From NCBI RefSeq assembly GCF_025526975.1, contig NW_026515677.1, positions 186,001 to 250,000 on the forward strand: 64,000 nucleotides of DNA, read 5' to 3'. The translations under genes were made by a program, and so were the position numbers. This stretch comes from Fimicolochytrium jonesii. Lineage: Eukaryota. Of the stretch, positions 26,101 to 39,797 are shown piece after piece. Below the pieces are notes generated by a model. It did not search any database, had not been told where the DNA came from, and saw only the letters and a list, made by a program, of their open reading frames with translations. Each line of letters begins with the position of its first letter. Positions within the stretch are counted from its first letter, which is position 1.

Positions 26101-27739
26101 AGTGTGCGATGCAACATGATCGAAAACGTCAACTCAATCCGCCGTGCGCTGCGGAAGAAGTTGTAATACACCCCCTCGATGCCCACCCCCGGCTCGTTAG
26201 GGTCGCCGCCGACGAAGGAGGTCAGAGCGGCGCGCCGGAAACTGGCGGTGCGGTGGTCTTTGGGGCATTGCTGGATGGTGAACATGTAGCGGGCGAGGCG
26301 GATGAAGACTTTGGCGATAGGCCAGGGTTGTTTGCATTTGGGGAGGGGTGGGCGGAGTGAGGGGTCCGGTGTGGTGGTGGGGGTGGCGATTTCGACGACG
26401 ATAGTGCTGGGGTCTGCTTTGCCTTTTTCGGAGGCGGTTCCGGTTGGGCTGTATGCGTTTCCGGTTGAGATGCCTTTGCTTGGAGGGCTCATGGGCGGCC
26501 GTGACGGTCCAGATGACGGGGATTTCAAAGGCTGCATAGAGATGACGCATTGAGCCCAAACCTGCTTTCCGTACCTCCTACTACCACTCATCTCAATCAC
26601 TCACCCCTACCTTCAAACTCTTCCTTAACTTAACCCGCTCTGCTTCTAAAGTCAACGCATCAAAGGGCGCCATCACCTTCACATACCGCTCACACCCGCC
26701 CTCGCTCTCGGCATCCACCTCGATTTCCACAAACAGGTTCGCGAGCAGCAGTTGCCGCGTGTACAGTCCGCGCACGATGGCGCTGCTTTCGGAGGACGGC
26801 TCCACACTGTATTTGAGGATGGCGTCCCATTCGGTTGACTGGGGGCCAAAGATGATCCGGGTTAGGGCGTCGACGTGGGGTCGGTCGGCTATACAACCAA
26901 AGATACGGCGTCAGCGCATGTACTCAAAACAGACATACACCTCTGTTCTTCTCCACCATACCAAAGAACTTCAACGCATCCTCCGCCTCGACCCCCCCTC
27001 TCCCCTCCCTCCATCCCACAATCTCATCAAAGAGCTCCACATCCTCCAAATACATCAACAGCACGACGCGGCCATCCACAACTCTCGCAACAACATCCTC
27101 ATACCCGCCGCCGTTCACTTCCGCTATGATCGGGAGGGCACGGTTATGCATGTGCGGGCAGTATTCACCAGGGGATTCTTGGGCTTTCTGGTAATATGAG
27201 CCGGCGCCGGCGCGGAGGGCGTAGTAGGAGAGGAAATCGGCGGGCGGGGAGCCGGGAAGGGATGCTTTTTCGAGGTCGTCAGAGGAGTTTCCATCCATCG
27301 CTGATGCTCTGGAAGTATCGCCCGATTTTGTGGACCCTATCCCCTCCGACTTCCGACGCGGTGGTGGTTGCGTCGTCACAATCCCACTCTCACCCATACG
27401 CCCACTACCCCCATACGACATCTCCGGCCGTCGGATCTCCCGCAGCGGTCTGCTCCCCCGTCTGCCATCCCCGACCGCTTGCGCCGGCCCCGTAATACCC
27501 GCATTCTCGCCGCTACTCGCCGTATGACTCGAAGATTGTCGCGTTGGTGCGGGAGGGGGCGGATACTCCCCGCGCGCAGACTGGGCGTAGCGGGTAGCGG
27601 CTGCGAAGAAGCTGCGGTCTAGTTCGTCGTCGGGGGTGGGGATTTGGTGGGTATCATCTTGGGTGGGGGTGTCGAGTGGGAGGGAATGCCGGGGACGGCG
27701 GCGGTTGAGGGACGAGGTGGCGGTTGCGGCGGTGGTCAT
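23134..27739 (-). CDS. Anoctamin/TMEM16 family channel or scramblase; multi-exon
   Basis: Motifs VREYAGEQVAFYFDWL, WATVFIESWKRRQ, VVQFGYIALFSCAFPLAPIFAIANN, DSWK...YRRP and spliced FE|HTILLIK. Confidence 0.92.
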
Positions 27740-28239
27740 ACAAGTCAGAGGGTTGGTTGCCGTGGGAAGAGAGTTGGAAGCGAGACTGTTGCGAAGCGAG
27801 AATATGAGGTCCTTTGCTGGGAAAGAAATTACTGTACCTTCGGGAAAAAGAGAGGCCGGATCGACTGACAGGGTGACACCAGCGGATTTTGTGCGCCGTC
27901 AATGGTGTCATTTGTGCTCCACGGACGGCTTCCCGTTTCGCACCCTTTTGCGTCTCTCGGTGGAACACCCCTCCGAATTTCCAACACGGCAAACACAGGG
28001 TTCTCCATGAAGGATACCCCTTCGCACTGCATATAGGGCGTCCGTAAAGATGATTCCTCTGCGTCTGCGAGGTGGTATATCAATGGTACTGTACATAGAG
28101 TAACAGCCACGTACAACATTATCAACATTTACATAATTCAAAAGAAAAAAAGTCCACGCCGTCTCCATCTCATATCCTCTCCGAAACGCTACACCGTCTT
28201 TTCCAACCAAATCTCAGTCCGGGTAATCAACGTCCAATC

Positions 28240-30361
28240 TCAGCATCGAACGGGCTTAGCGTCATTACCCTCATCCGTGTCCACCTTCTCCACATTCGCC
28301 GCCGCTAGTGCCGATCCCGCCCCATCCTTGACCTCAACCTCGGCAACCGCAGATGCATCCAATTTCGGTGATGCAACCACATCCGCGTCATCACCGCCAG
28401 AAACCACGGTAGTCTCGTCCTCATCCTTTATCGTTTCGTCTGTCACAGGAGCACCGTCTTTCGCGACCGCAGCGGTTTCTTTATGAGCATCGACTTTGGC
28501 AGACGTTGCGGAGTCTGCCTTATCAGTCGGTTCTGCGGCGATGGGGCTGACCAAGGCAGTTTCGGTGTTCGCAGGGAGCTGTGAAATCACAGGTTCAATG
28601 AGACACATAAATCACGTCATCCTCAACACGAGAGAGATGAACTCACCGCATCCATCCCAGCATCCTCAAACTCGCGACTATCACCCGAACAATCCTCCAC
28701 AGCATCCGTAGGGACAAGACCAATCTGTCCGTTAAGCTCGCCGACCCACGTGTCGTCTGACGTCTTTTTGCGGATCAAAATCAGGTCGTTTTGCTTGAAG
28801 ACCAGCTGGCCCGCGTTGGTGTTGGGTCGAGTGTCGCTGTCGTGTTTGGCGCGGTAGAAGCTGGGGATATCTAAGCGCTCGTTTTCGAGGGTCTGTTATG
28901 GGAGACGGGAATCAGATATGGAATTGAGCTTCTGTTTTGTCATTCCATAATTCTCCTGTGCACAGTAGCTTACGCAGTTACTCTGATTGTCGTCATCCTT
29001 CTGATGACGTCGGAACTCAGACATATCAGACAAGCCCGACAGCCTGCGGTCGGAATCAATACAAAAGCCCTCAAAAGGGTTCTGGCCCGTACATTCTTCC
29101 GCAAAGTCCTCGTCGAGCCAGTTGCCAACCTTCCGATTCTCGCCACCGTTGTCGGTGTTACCCTTGTCACCTTTCCTAAACCGCTCAATCTCATTCTGAA
29201 GCGCGCGGGTCTTTGCCTGCCACTTGGCGCGCTCGGCCTGCAAAGCGGCGGTCTGTTGCCGGTCGGCGGTGTTACCAGCAGGGGCGCCGTTCCGCAGGGA
29301 AGAGATCTGGGCTTGGAGCTGCTTTTTCTCGATGAAGGCTTTGTGTTGAACGTCACGGAGTTTGGCGTTGAAGTGGCGCTTTTCTTTTTCGAGTTTGGCG
29401 ACTTCGTCCCGGAGAGCGGAGACATCTGGTCCTTTGGCCGTTGCTGCGATGTTCTCGCTCACCTTCCGCGGGGTGGCGGGGCTTTTGGCGTTTAGGGCTG
29501 ATGGGGCGCGTTTGTGAATCTCCATGTCCTTTTTGCTAATCTCTTCTTTGCGCTCAATCTGAGACCGACCTTTTAGTCTCGCTTTTCAAATTAACGGAAT
29601 CCTCTCAAGTATTAGTGTTAGTATATACCTCTGAATGCATACGATCCTTCGCTTTTTCCAATTCCTTCACTTGTTGCAAGAGCTGCGCCGCATGAGCCAG
29701 CATGCCGGTCTCCTTTTGCTTCTCCGCCTTGAGACGATCTTCAAGCGACGCCACCTTCGAGAGGAGGGCGGCATTATCGATGCTCAAGATCCTGATGCGC
29801 TCCTACCATAGCGATGCAGGTTGCGTGAGAAATCCGCATTCCTCCCTTTTGAGAACGAGTGGACATTTCGTCACAACGCCTGTATCCTACCTCACGGTGC
29901 TTCAAATGCAGCTGGAGAAGGTCCACTTGCTTTGTCTGCGCATGGACTTGATGCTCGAGTTCCAGCTTCTGCCTTTGCACGTCACGCAGCTGCGGGATAA
30001 TTCCAAATGTTACTCATCCTATTCATAGACGAGTTCTCGATATTACGGCGCCCACCTTCTTATCCACCGAGTCCCGATCCGGCTGAACGGTCTGCGGGGC
30101 GGGAGAAGGCGGGGCAATGTTCTCCTTATCCTCGAGATCGGGGGTGGTTGGGCGCAAGTCGATGGTACGGGCTGTGAGTGTAGAAACCGTCTTCTTTAAG
30201 CAATTTATTGGCAGAAAGTCATCAGAAGCACTGACTGACAAACCTTTCTGAGGAGTGCGGAACCTTGGAGCCCCGGCCCTCTTCGATACGGGGCTAATGG
30301 GGCTCGCCCCGGGGTCTGAGGTTATAGAAGAGAGGTAGATATGAGGGAGAGTGGATGGCAC
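28240..30361 (-). CDS. Coiled-coil protein with SH3 domain; multi-exon
   Basis: Heptad-rich exons at 28900-30000. Exon at about 28650-28893 reads FYRAKHD...QLVFKQNDLILI...DTWVGELNGQIGLVP, an SH3 pattern. Confidence 0.75.
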
Positions 30362-30789
30362 GGATCCTGAGCAAGATGAGGAATGGAAACGTACCGTTGA
30401 AACGCGAGGCGCGTGGGAACATTACGAGAGTAAGAGGAGGAAGTGGGGAGACTCTGATGAAGGTAGTGAGGCTCGTGAGAAAGTGGGAACAGTAGTTGGA
30501 TGACGATGCTCTCTGTCGGTCTGCAAGCGGTGGACGAGCGAGAAAGCACGGAAAGGGGAACGACGCGCACGAGAGAGAGAGAGCGGAGAGAGAGAGCGCA
30601 TTCCGGACACGATTGACTCACACTGACTCACTGACAGCAGAACTGACAGCACTCCGCTCTCTCGTTCTCGCGCCGGATGCTTTCCTGCCCCTGCCCCTCA
30701 CAGCACACAGAACGAGTGCATCAGCACAGTCCCTCTCAAACGCACCAGGCAGTATCTCCAAAAAATTGCGTAGCAAACAGATAACCCCA

Positions 30790-33088
30790 ATGTCCTCCAA
30801 AGGCGATTCATCCAAGGTAAGGGGAGCCTAGGCGCAATCCACCCGGAGATTTGATCGAGGGCTTCTCTTGATTCTCGTCCGTCCCTCGCTCTGCCCTGCC
30901 ATCTCTGCATGCGAACGCATGCGTCAGACGGTCTCCAACTGAACGTACATCTCTTTCTTTGCCATTATAGAAGTCGAGGGCGTGCGTAGGCGTCTACCGG
31001 TAAGCACGAAATAGGATCCCGCTCGTTCCAATGCATTCCCTCATCCTTTTCTCACAATACCAGCGGCCACGAAGGCACAGTTTACACCCTCGACATCCAA
31101 GGCCCACAAACCTTAACCAACCGGGCACATTCTCGCGCACATAAAACCGGAGCAAAGAAGAACCGGGTTGCGCCTGATCCACAGGGCTCGATGGATACAG
31201 ATGATTTGAATGCCGCGCCGGGGATTGTGCTGGTTTCTGGTGGGTAGGGTGCCGGATGTTTGGGGAGATTACTGATTGAGAGATGTTGGGAGCGATGGGA
31301 TGGGATGTTGAATGACAAAGTCGGATGAGTAGGATCCCATGATCATACGGTGATATCGTGGACGGTGCGCACTGGGGCTCCGCATGGTGGGAACCTGTCT
31401 ACGCAGGTATGCACTTCATTTCAAGCAGAAACCGAGCCCAAAGACACATATCACCTTACTCTCTCCCCTAAACCAACAGCTAATCACAAATGAAACCTAC
31501 ACCGGCCACACCGCCGCCGTGTACGCCCTCGAGCTCCTCCCCGGCGGCGCGCAGGCCCTTTCCGCTGGTGACAACTCGTTGCGGTTGTGGGACTTGCAGG
31601 TACCCCATATCCCTCCCCCTTCCCCATCCTCATCCATGTCTCTGATGAATATTTTATTAGACAGGAGAATGCATCCGCACATTCACCGGCCACGACAACC
31701 ACGTCTCCTCCCTCCGAATCCGGGGCAAGCGCGCGTTCAGTGGGTCGTGGGATACGACTATTCGGAGTTGGAATGTTGAGGTGAGGGAAGAGACAGTCCT
31801 AGCCGTGTGTGTGGGTGTGCGAGGGGGGGAGCGTTGAAAATTGACAACTTTGATTTTTTTTTAGACGGGAAAACCGATGCATATCTTTAGGGGCCATCGG
31901 AATATTGTGAATGCGGTGGATGTGACGGATACGGATGTTTTTAGTGGGAGTTGGTATGTGGAAGCTTTCCATCCCTCGGAGTGTTGCGGGGGGCACTCAT
32001 GTTCACCCCTTTTGGTTCGCATGTAGGGACACGACCGTCATACAATGGAGTCGGTCGGTAAGTCTTCAGCGTTATACCACAACAGCCTCCATCCCAACTT
32101 CCTCCAACTGACAGCACACCCCTCATATCCAGACAGGCGAAGCCCTCAACGTCTACCGCGGCCACACAGACGGCGTGCAGTGCGTGCAGGTCGTGGGGGA
32201 GAATATGCTTGTCAGCGGGTACCGTATTGTGGATACACGGTGTAATTGCAATCTTTATTAGTTGTGAGGACTAATCTTTGGTGCAGGTCAATGGATAAGA
32301 CAGTCCGTGTATGGTCGCAGAAGGTAAAACCCCCGTCATCCTTTCATTCCGAAAATGACTACCGGACCGCTAACATCTTCTCTACTCTGAATCTAACCTA
32401 CTCTAAACTGCCCTATGCTACTCATCATCCACAGACAGCAAAACCCCTCCGCATCCTCACGGGCCACACCGGCGGGATCGAATGCCTGCACGCGACGGGC
32501 GGGGTCGTGTTTTCGGGGTCATATGATAAATCAGTGCGGTGAGTTTCTTCGCGTGGGTCGCAGGAAGGAGGGGCGGCGAATGTGGCGTGCTACAGCAGTG
32601 CTGATGAGTGTGTTTTCTGTCGTCTCCGCTCCCAGGTGTTTTGACATCCATGTACGTCCGGGCCACGAAGCTCTGGAAACGGTTTTCGAATCAAGAACTG
32701 ACATCTCCCTCTCTCCTTCGTTTGCCATGGCCTGTCGAACGTAATATAGACCGGGCATTGCCTAGCGGTATTCGAGGGGCATACAGATGGCGGTACGTCC
32801 CTCGACTGGTATTCACGGGCGCATCATCGTGCAAGCCAGGAGGTGCCCATTAACGCCCCTTTTTTTCCTCTCGCATCACCCCACACCAGTCTACAGCGTC
32901 CGCTACTTCGACGGCGTGCTCTACAGCGGATCAGGTGACAAGACGATCCGGACGTGGGATGCAAGGGTACGTACATCCCCTCTATCCTTCGTCGCACAGG
33001 CCATCTTTCTCACTGACATGTGTGATAGGGCCTTGTCCGCACGGGCGCGGTGCCGTGGTATCGGAGGGTTCTTGGGTGTTGTGCGTAG
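30790..33088 (+). CDS. WD40-repeat protein with many short exons
   Basis: Spliced repeats GHEGTVYTL, GSHDHTVISW, GHTAAVYAL...DNSLRLWD, GHDNHV...GSWDTTIRSWN, GHTGGIECL...GSYDKSVR, SGSGDKTIRTWD. Ends VLGCCA-stop. Divergent from the SH3 gene. Confidence 0.85.
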
Positions 33089-33349
33089 CGTAGAGGCAAG
33101 GATCCGAGTGGAGAGATGGTGAGGGACGAGGGGTGGGGAGACTGGACGGTGGATATGTAGTGAAGGTGTCCCGTAGTGATGCGTAATGCGGTAGTTGGAC
33201 CTGTAGATTTCATTTTCGGGGGGACGTGGATGCCAGTGCTCGAATGACCTTGAGGTAGCGGACACGACTGCTTCCTTTACGTGCCGCGGGTATAGCATAG
33301 CGTAATGTAAGAGAGTTCGAAAAACTCTCCTGATTAAGTAATTCGAAGT

Positions 33350-34708
33350 TCACCGCTTCCCACCCCGGCGTCCTCTAAACGCCCCCGACCCCCGCTGTTG
33401 TTTCCCATGCGATCCCGTCCCGCCGCCGCCGCCTCGGACTTTGTCTACCCCACCACGCGAGACTCCCAGCTGTTTCCCACCGCGTTCCTTCTTATGATTC
33501 CCTCCTTTGTGCGTTTTCGTCGGTGTGCGCTTCGGGCTGGCGTCCTCTGTAGCCGTTTTTGACCTAGATGATTTGGGGCGGGAGAAGCCGCCGGATGAGG
33601 GGGCGGCGGGTGCAGACATGACTATGCGTTCGACGGATTTTGTCTTTCTCGTCATTGTACGGTCTTTTGGGGATGCTCGCGCCACTCTTTTCTGGATGCC
33701 GCCGGCGGGAGATGGGTGGGGCGGGGGTGCGCTGGCTTTTGGCTTCTTCTCATTACCGGCTTTTCGCGGGAGACCACCGCTTTCTCTGCTTTTGCGCTTC
33801 TGGCTTCCGTTTCTCGAAGGCACATCGACGGCCTTTGCGGACCGTTTCCCACTCTCCTTTGGCGCATCGTCCACTTCGTCTTCCGATTCCGCCCCGTCCG
33901 CACCAACACCAGGACTAAACACATGCACAAACGCATTCTCCATTGACGGCGCCTCCCTTACCGCCGGATTCGTCCGCTGCGGCGTATACCCCAACCCCGC
34001 AAACTTCTTCGCATCAAAGGGATCCCTGCTCAGCATTTCCAGCCCCTGTGCAGCCGCAAGTGCCTCCACATCCCACTTGCGGTAGAACGGCGTATCACGC
34101 AACGTCACGTGGATCTCACCACCGCCCTCAGGAGCCAACAGCTCCACCGTTTCCGCGAAAAACGAGTCCAGGAGATCTTTGTTGGCCTGCACGTCGTCGT
34201 CGCTGGATCCGCCGATATGGGGGAACTGGAACACGATCCGATGGAACGCACCTCTGTCCTCTATCTCCTTCTTCAAAGCTTTGTTAGATGACAAGCGGGT
34301 GGCGTCGACGTTGTGGAGAACGCGAGCACGGGCGTCGGCGAGCTCTTTGAGTGTGTGCGGGAGGTGGGAATATTTCTCGGTCGCGACGCGGAGTGAGTCG
34401 AAGGAGGTCGCGACGATGTTGGCGGAGGAGCCGAGTGCAGCGCCGAGGGCGCGGGCGAAGGTGAAGTCGCCCTCGCCGATGAGGAGGATGCGGTGGTGTT
34501 TTGTGTAGTGCTGGAGGGTGTTGCGGGAGGACGGCTTGGAGGAGGTCGTCATTGTGAGGGCGAGGAGGTCGGTCATGCTCATGCCGGTGAAGTTGCTGAA
34601 TGCGCCGGGGCGGCTGGGCACGGGAGCATCGATATCGGCGTTGGCAACGGCCTTCGCCCTGCTTTTGCTGCCGCCGCCTGTAGCCTTCTTGGGGCCCTTC
34701 TTGCCCAT
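33350..34708 (-). CDS. BMT5: 25S rRNA uridine-N3 methyltransferase BMT5-like (DUF2431)
   Basis: Motifs ILLIGEGDFTFARAL, ATSFDS, HNVDAT, IVFQFPHIG, GEIHVTL and Y..WDV, with a basic K/R/G-rich tail. Confidence 0.85.
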   Translation of the reverse strand: MGKKGPKKATGGGSKSRAKAVANADIDAPVPSRPGAFSNFTGMSMTDLLALTMTTSSKPSSRNTLQHYTKHHRILLIGEGDFTFARALGAALGSSANIVATSFDSLRVATEKYSHLPHTLKELADARARVLHNVDATRLSSNKALKKEIEDRGAFHRIVFQFPHIGGSSDDDVQANKDLLDSFFAETVELLAPEGGGEIHVTLRDTPFYRKWDVEALAAAQGLEMLSRDPFDAKKFAGLGYTPQRTNPAVREAPSMENAFVHVFSPGVGADGAESEDEVDDAPKESGKRSAKAVDVPSRNGSQKRKSRESGGLPRKAGNEKKPKASAPPPHPSPAGGIQKRVARASPKDRTMTRKTKSVERIVMSAPAAPSSGGFSRPKSSRSKTATEDASPKRTPTKTHKGGNHKKERGGKQLGVSRGGVDKVRGGGGGTGSHGKQQRGSGAFRGRRGGKR

Positions 34709-37700
34709 TGCGTGATGGCCGATGTGTCGGTGGTGGGATATGCTGTGCAGAAAAGAGATATGCTGTGCTTCTCTTATGCGGTTAGTTTATCGCATCACAT
34801 GCACGCTTGGCGGGTTTAATTGCGCCCGTTTGTTTTCGATGTTCACGTCAGCATCCACGCGTTAATTCAGGTTCGCGCCGGCTTCTCGTACCCCTTCCTC
34901 CCTCCTGGCAGTCTTTCTTTCCTGTGGATTGTAGTAGAGCTCTCATGACCGTATCTCCTCCTCTTCCTCCTTTCGCTTGGTGCCATGTGGGGTTCATCCC
35001 ATCCTCTCTCCTTCGGTTTTCTTCTGAAGATCCCGTCATGTTTCAATTTCGAGCGCCGAATTCCGTCCCCGTCCGTTTCCCTTCGAAGGCCTTCTCCTCG
35101 CCGTTCGCCTGTGCCTGATCTTCGAGCCTGTTTACACTGGCTTTCAAGGGTGGGACGGGCAGGGACCGTTTTTCAGGTCCTCTCAGGCGGTCCTGTGGAT
35201 GTGCTTCCGTTTACGCGCTGGCAGTCGACGATGCCAGCAAACCACTACGCTGCATCTGCGCTCACTCCCCTAGACGGAAACCCCAACACAATCCAGTATA
35301 CGGAATTCACGGAGCGACCTGCTTTCGCTTGCTGCGAGGGAACGAAGACCTTCATGTCCGCCGATGTCATGGTCGCATGCCGCTGATTTGCGTTCTTCCC
35401 CATACAACAAACGTTGGGTACCTTGTCGATGTCTATCCGATGGGGATGCACATCTAATTATTTTTTTCTGATCCGGTGTCAAAGCTGACAGGGTCTCCCT
35501 GTTGTTTGCTGGAAACGTAACTCGTTTTGGGTAGTTTTCCGGCTCTCTTGGCAGGATGTCCCGGGGGGGTATGATCGTTGAACTCAAGGCGATAAGCATT
35601 TTGGCGGGGCACGTTACCGTGAAAAAGGATATGTGACGTGTAGGAAACACATTCCATGAATCCGATATGGTTCTTTATGCATTTGATACTTTTTTTTTTC
35701 GGCCCTGTCAAACTCGCACCGAAACTGGAGGTTTCAGGGAGTGTCGTCTCCACAGCCAGCCCACTTACGCTAAAGCGCATGCTCCCCACACTTCAAGATG
35801 TCCGGGGGACCACCGTCACCATCCCACCCGAAGCGATATCTAGAACATGGGGTCGAAACCATTTTGGAGAATGTTTCTGAGGTACCTTGAACGAAATCCC
35901 CTCCGTCTTTGGCTGGCCGGTGTCGTTCCAGTAACCCATAATTAGCAAAACGCGGACGCAAACAGATCACGGAGTTCGAAGAAGACATTCTGCTGTGCTT
36001 CATGTTTACACACCAAGCTCGGGACTTGCTGTGCACCACCAGTGACGATGCGCTGGCTTCCGTCGGCTTAGCGAATTTTCTGCAGTTGCGCGGCATCGAA
36101 AGCGTCATCAAGACCACGGCTTCTGCACAGCTGATGTTAATCGGGTTCCAACATAGGCCAGAAGTCTCAAAAAAGCATATGCTAACCCTCTTCAAGCAAA
36201 TGATGATCTTTGCTGTGAACGAGCGAGATTCGACTCGAACCAATATTGGTTGCCATAATGAAGAATGTCTGGCTCGTTGCGAGCTGATTGTGTTTCAGAA
36301 TGCTTTCCTGATGGCTGGCTACCGGACCATCCAAAGCCCCGGATGATTCAAGCTTGGCAGAATCTGAACCCTGTACACAAGCGAAAAACGCTGTTTTTCT
36401 ACTTGCGTCTCTTGGCAAAAGCGCAAGTGTCGGGCACGTGTCGACAGTCGAAATGACTGGCGGCAGTCGCCATCTGAGGACAGGCGGTGGTACTTTTTCA
36501 CATAAGGGAAATTCAACCTGAAATTCCTGCATCTCGATAGCTTGCTTGAAAGGAGACGCGTAAGCCTTTGCAAGGCGGGTACGGTTCCCAAGCGAGGGCC
36601 AGTTTCTTCATCCTTTTGTTCGGTTTCAGAAATACCGATTTCAGAACAAGGGTGGGCTCCAGCAAAGCTGTCACTGCCGGCGATTCTATGCAGCATCTCA
36701 GGTGCACATCAACAAAGCAAGGAACAAAACGAAATGCGTTCGCAGCTCTCTCTTTCTGTCTTTGCAGCTGTAACGGTGCCGCTGCCTGGGCGGCTCTTTA
36801 TGTCTTTCGTGTTGAGATCTCTGCCAGCCAGGAAGAGACCCGTTCGTGACGCGTAGTTCCGTTCGTTCACTTAAATTGACCCATCCTCACCTCGGCATGA
36901 TACCATGTCATCCCTTTATACATACATACATAGAGTAGCCTCGAGCGCTGGCTCTAAACCTCCTCTGCTCAAAGCTTACCTGGTAAAGCTGAAATGGTGG
37001 CAGTCCTATATACATGTGAAGAACCGGGTGGTGCGCTGGATGCGCCGGATGGGCCCGCGTACGTCGTAAACATTTTGTGCTCCCCAGCAGCGGGACTCAT
37101 AAAAAGGGTGTTATGTCCCCAGGAGCTATAGGTCACTTCTTGATTCCAGCCTAACCTTTGCTGGCTAATCCTTTTGAGGCTCGTGAGTAGAAAATAGATG
37201 TTTGGCAATACGCCCATCTCCATCTTCAACATTGAGAAACCATCTGATATACAACCAAACGCTATGGGGACATAGGAGAAGCCGTTGTTTGACACAGCCA
37301 AACCTTGACTCCATGTTACGAATCATACCAAGGCTCATTTGTACAGACAATTAGCGCAGTTGTCATGTTGTCACTATTAGCAATCATGTGTCGCTGCTCG
37401 TCCCAGTTTTGGTGATCGATTGCCTTTCTTGTTCCTACGCGTTTTCGGCGAGGAGACGCGTTGATAACGCGTAAATGACATCGCATATTAACGCTGAGGG
37501 CGCTCACGTGACCCGCGCATTTTACGCGTGACATTTATTTGCCCTGAGGCGGTTTCTCGCCTCTCCGTCCGTCTTCGCAAACAGTCGCAGGACTTCAGAG
37601 GATACCCCACAACCACCCAGCCCAGGCAGCGCCCTTCTGAAGACTCTGCAGAGAAGGAATACCCACGTCGTCGTCGTCGCCGCCCGCTTCGCTTCCAGTC

Positions 37701-37872
37701 GCTTGGAAACTCTTCTGCTTGTGCTGCCCGCCAGTCTCCGTCGAGACACAAGTGCGGAGCTGTCGAAAAACCGCTGTCAGTTCGCGCTCCTTAGAACACT
37801 CCCAAACCGTCTGAAACCAGAAGCGTCGCTGAACTTTCCACGCCAGATATCCGTCCTAGGGGTCTCAGCAAC

Positions 37873-39216
37873 ATGCTCTCAACCAACGGAGTATCCTATG
37901 TCGTCGAGTGCCCAGTCTGCGCAAAGCAGTTTCAAGGCATGCACTCAGTCTACCAACACGTCTGGGACGTGCACTATATCTGCCGTCTGCAACCCGAATG
38001 TCTCGCCGTCTTTGTCACCGGGCTCGGCCGTGAGGAACACGAGAAGCACGATCATGCCTTTTGCGAGGCCTGCGAACTACCGTTTCACTCCGAGGAGGAC
38101 CTGTACGAGCATCACAATTCGAGCCATTGCGACCACCCATGCCCGGAATGCCCGCGTGTGTATGCGCTTGAGAAGGACCTCAGGTGGCATCGCGCCAACG
38201 AGCACTGCTATCGGTGTGAGCACTGTGGACGAGGGTTCCGGATGGGAATTGATTTAGCGAATCATATTGCGTCGAAAGTGCATCAACGGAGGAAGATGTT
38301 GTACCCAAACGGGATAGGTTCCACCCATCTGAGTAAAGATAGAGATCTCACGGCGGCGGAGCGTGCGCTAAGGAGAAAGAGGACGAGCTCAAAGTCGAGT
38401 CAATGCGTCATCTGCTCGATAACGTACACCACAACATACACGGCCGCCGACCATCTCAAAGCCGGCGAATGTTCCGAAAAGATCGCAGCGCTAGCCAAAG
38501 CCCGCGCCGAGTACCTCCAGCGCAAAGGATTCACAACCCTTCCCCACCAGCCCCACCTGACCTCATTAGACGATGACGAAACCCGACCGATAATATCAGA
38601 CGACAACCCATCCCACCCCCTCCTCACCCACAACATCTTCGACAACCTCACCCCGGCCACCGAAGCCAGCTGGAACAACTACGCCTACGAGTGCCCCATC
38701 TGCACCTGCGAGTACCTCTCCCTGTCTCGGCTCAACTTCCATCTCGTCACACACCACCCGCTGCCTGAAGAGTACGTGTGCGCGACCTGCCACACGCAGT
38801 TTGACCGTCTCGCGCCGTTCGTGAAGCATTACGAGGATCGCACGTGTGCGGCGTCGTCGAGCACGGAGGATCCGTTGACCGGGTCAAACCATTCCTCGAC
38901 GGCGATGGATGTGGACGACGCTGAGCTTATCGTTTACGAAAGTGATACGGCGTCCGTCGCGCGTTCGTCGACAGTAGTCGTCCCCGACCCCGCGGAAGTG
39001 GCCGGACAGGTCGAGGTGGAGTTCATACCCCCGGTCACCACCGACGCCTACGGCACGACACCCAAACCGACGACCCCGCCACCCCGCTCACCCACCCTCT
39101 TCGTCGACGAAGCGCGGTTCGAGGAGCTCTATGACGCCGACGAGATGGCGATTTTGTACGGCGCGGATTACTATGACGGCCAGGACCCGTTTGCGGCTAT
39201 GGATCGGATTGATTAG
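37873..39216 (+). CDS. C2H2 zinc-finger protein
   Basis: Multiple CxxC-x12-HxxxH units, e.g. CPECPRVYALEKDLRWHRANEH and CPICTCEYLSLSRLNFHLVTHH. Confidence 0.85.
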   Translation: MLSTNGVSYVVECPVCAKQFQGMHSVYQHVWDVHYICRLQPECLAVFVTGLGREEHEKHDHAFCEACELPFHSEEDLYEHHNSSHCDHPCPECPRVYALEKDLRWHRANEHCYRCEHCGRGFRMGIDLANHIASKVHQRRKMLYPNGIGSTHLSKDRDLTAAERALRRKRTSSKSSQCVICSITYTTTYTAADHLKAGECSEKIAALAKARAEYLQRKGFTTLPHQPHLTSLDDDETRPIISDDNPSHPLLTHNIFDNLTPATEASWNNYAYECPICTCEYLSLSRLNFHLVTHHPLPEEYVCATCHTQFDRLAPFVKHYEDRTCAASSSTEDPLTGSNHSSTAMDVDDAELIVYESDTASVARSSTVVVPDPAEVAGQVEVEFIPPVTTDAYGTTPKPTTPPPRSPTLFVDEARFEELYDADEMAILYGADYYDGQDPFAAMDRID

Positions 39217-39797
39217 GGGGATTCAGGGGTCGCGGATAACTCAGGGAGCCGCATATCGCATACGCCTGCGATTTCACTTCAGCACATTGCTTGGCAAACT
39301 CCCGCGGCGTATCATGCACCCGCACGCCCAGCCCATGCGCAAACACACGTAGCAAAAAGAAACACACACACAACTAGTACGATGATAGAGGCCAAAAAGA
39401 ATGTAGCTTCTCCGTTCGCACAGATCGTAAACATAGGTAGCCCCATTCGGCGTAGGGAAAAGGGCGAGACAAGTCCGATAACTATCTCGCGGTGTCCGTA
39501 TTCACGATTTGCACATATGCATCAATTTGAAGAATAACTTTTTTGTCTTTTTTCGCAAGGGGTGTCTTTGTTACATACTTCAATCGGGGGGCAGAGATGT
39601 TGAATACAAACACTCGCCCCGTTGCCATACTTCCGTCTTGCTTCTCCCTTTGCCATCCGTCCCGGTCTCTCTCATCCCCGCAAAATTATCCTCCCACTCC
39701 CCGACCGTTGTGGCCGAGTCCGTCCACGTCAACATCAACCCACGTCTTCCCACCCAAAAAAAATCCCCATACGCACGTTCACACATCCCATCGACAT

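Noticed and set aside
34900..37400. Short ORFs between BMT5 and the C2H2 gene
   Set aside because: No recognisable motifs or coherent splice model; possibly decayed sequence.
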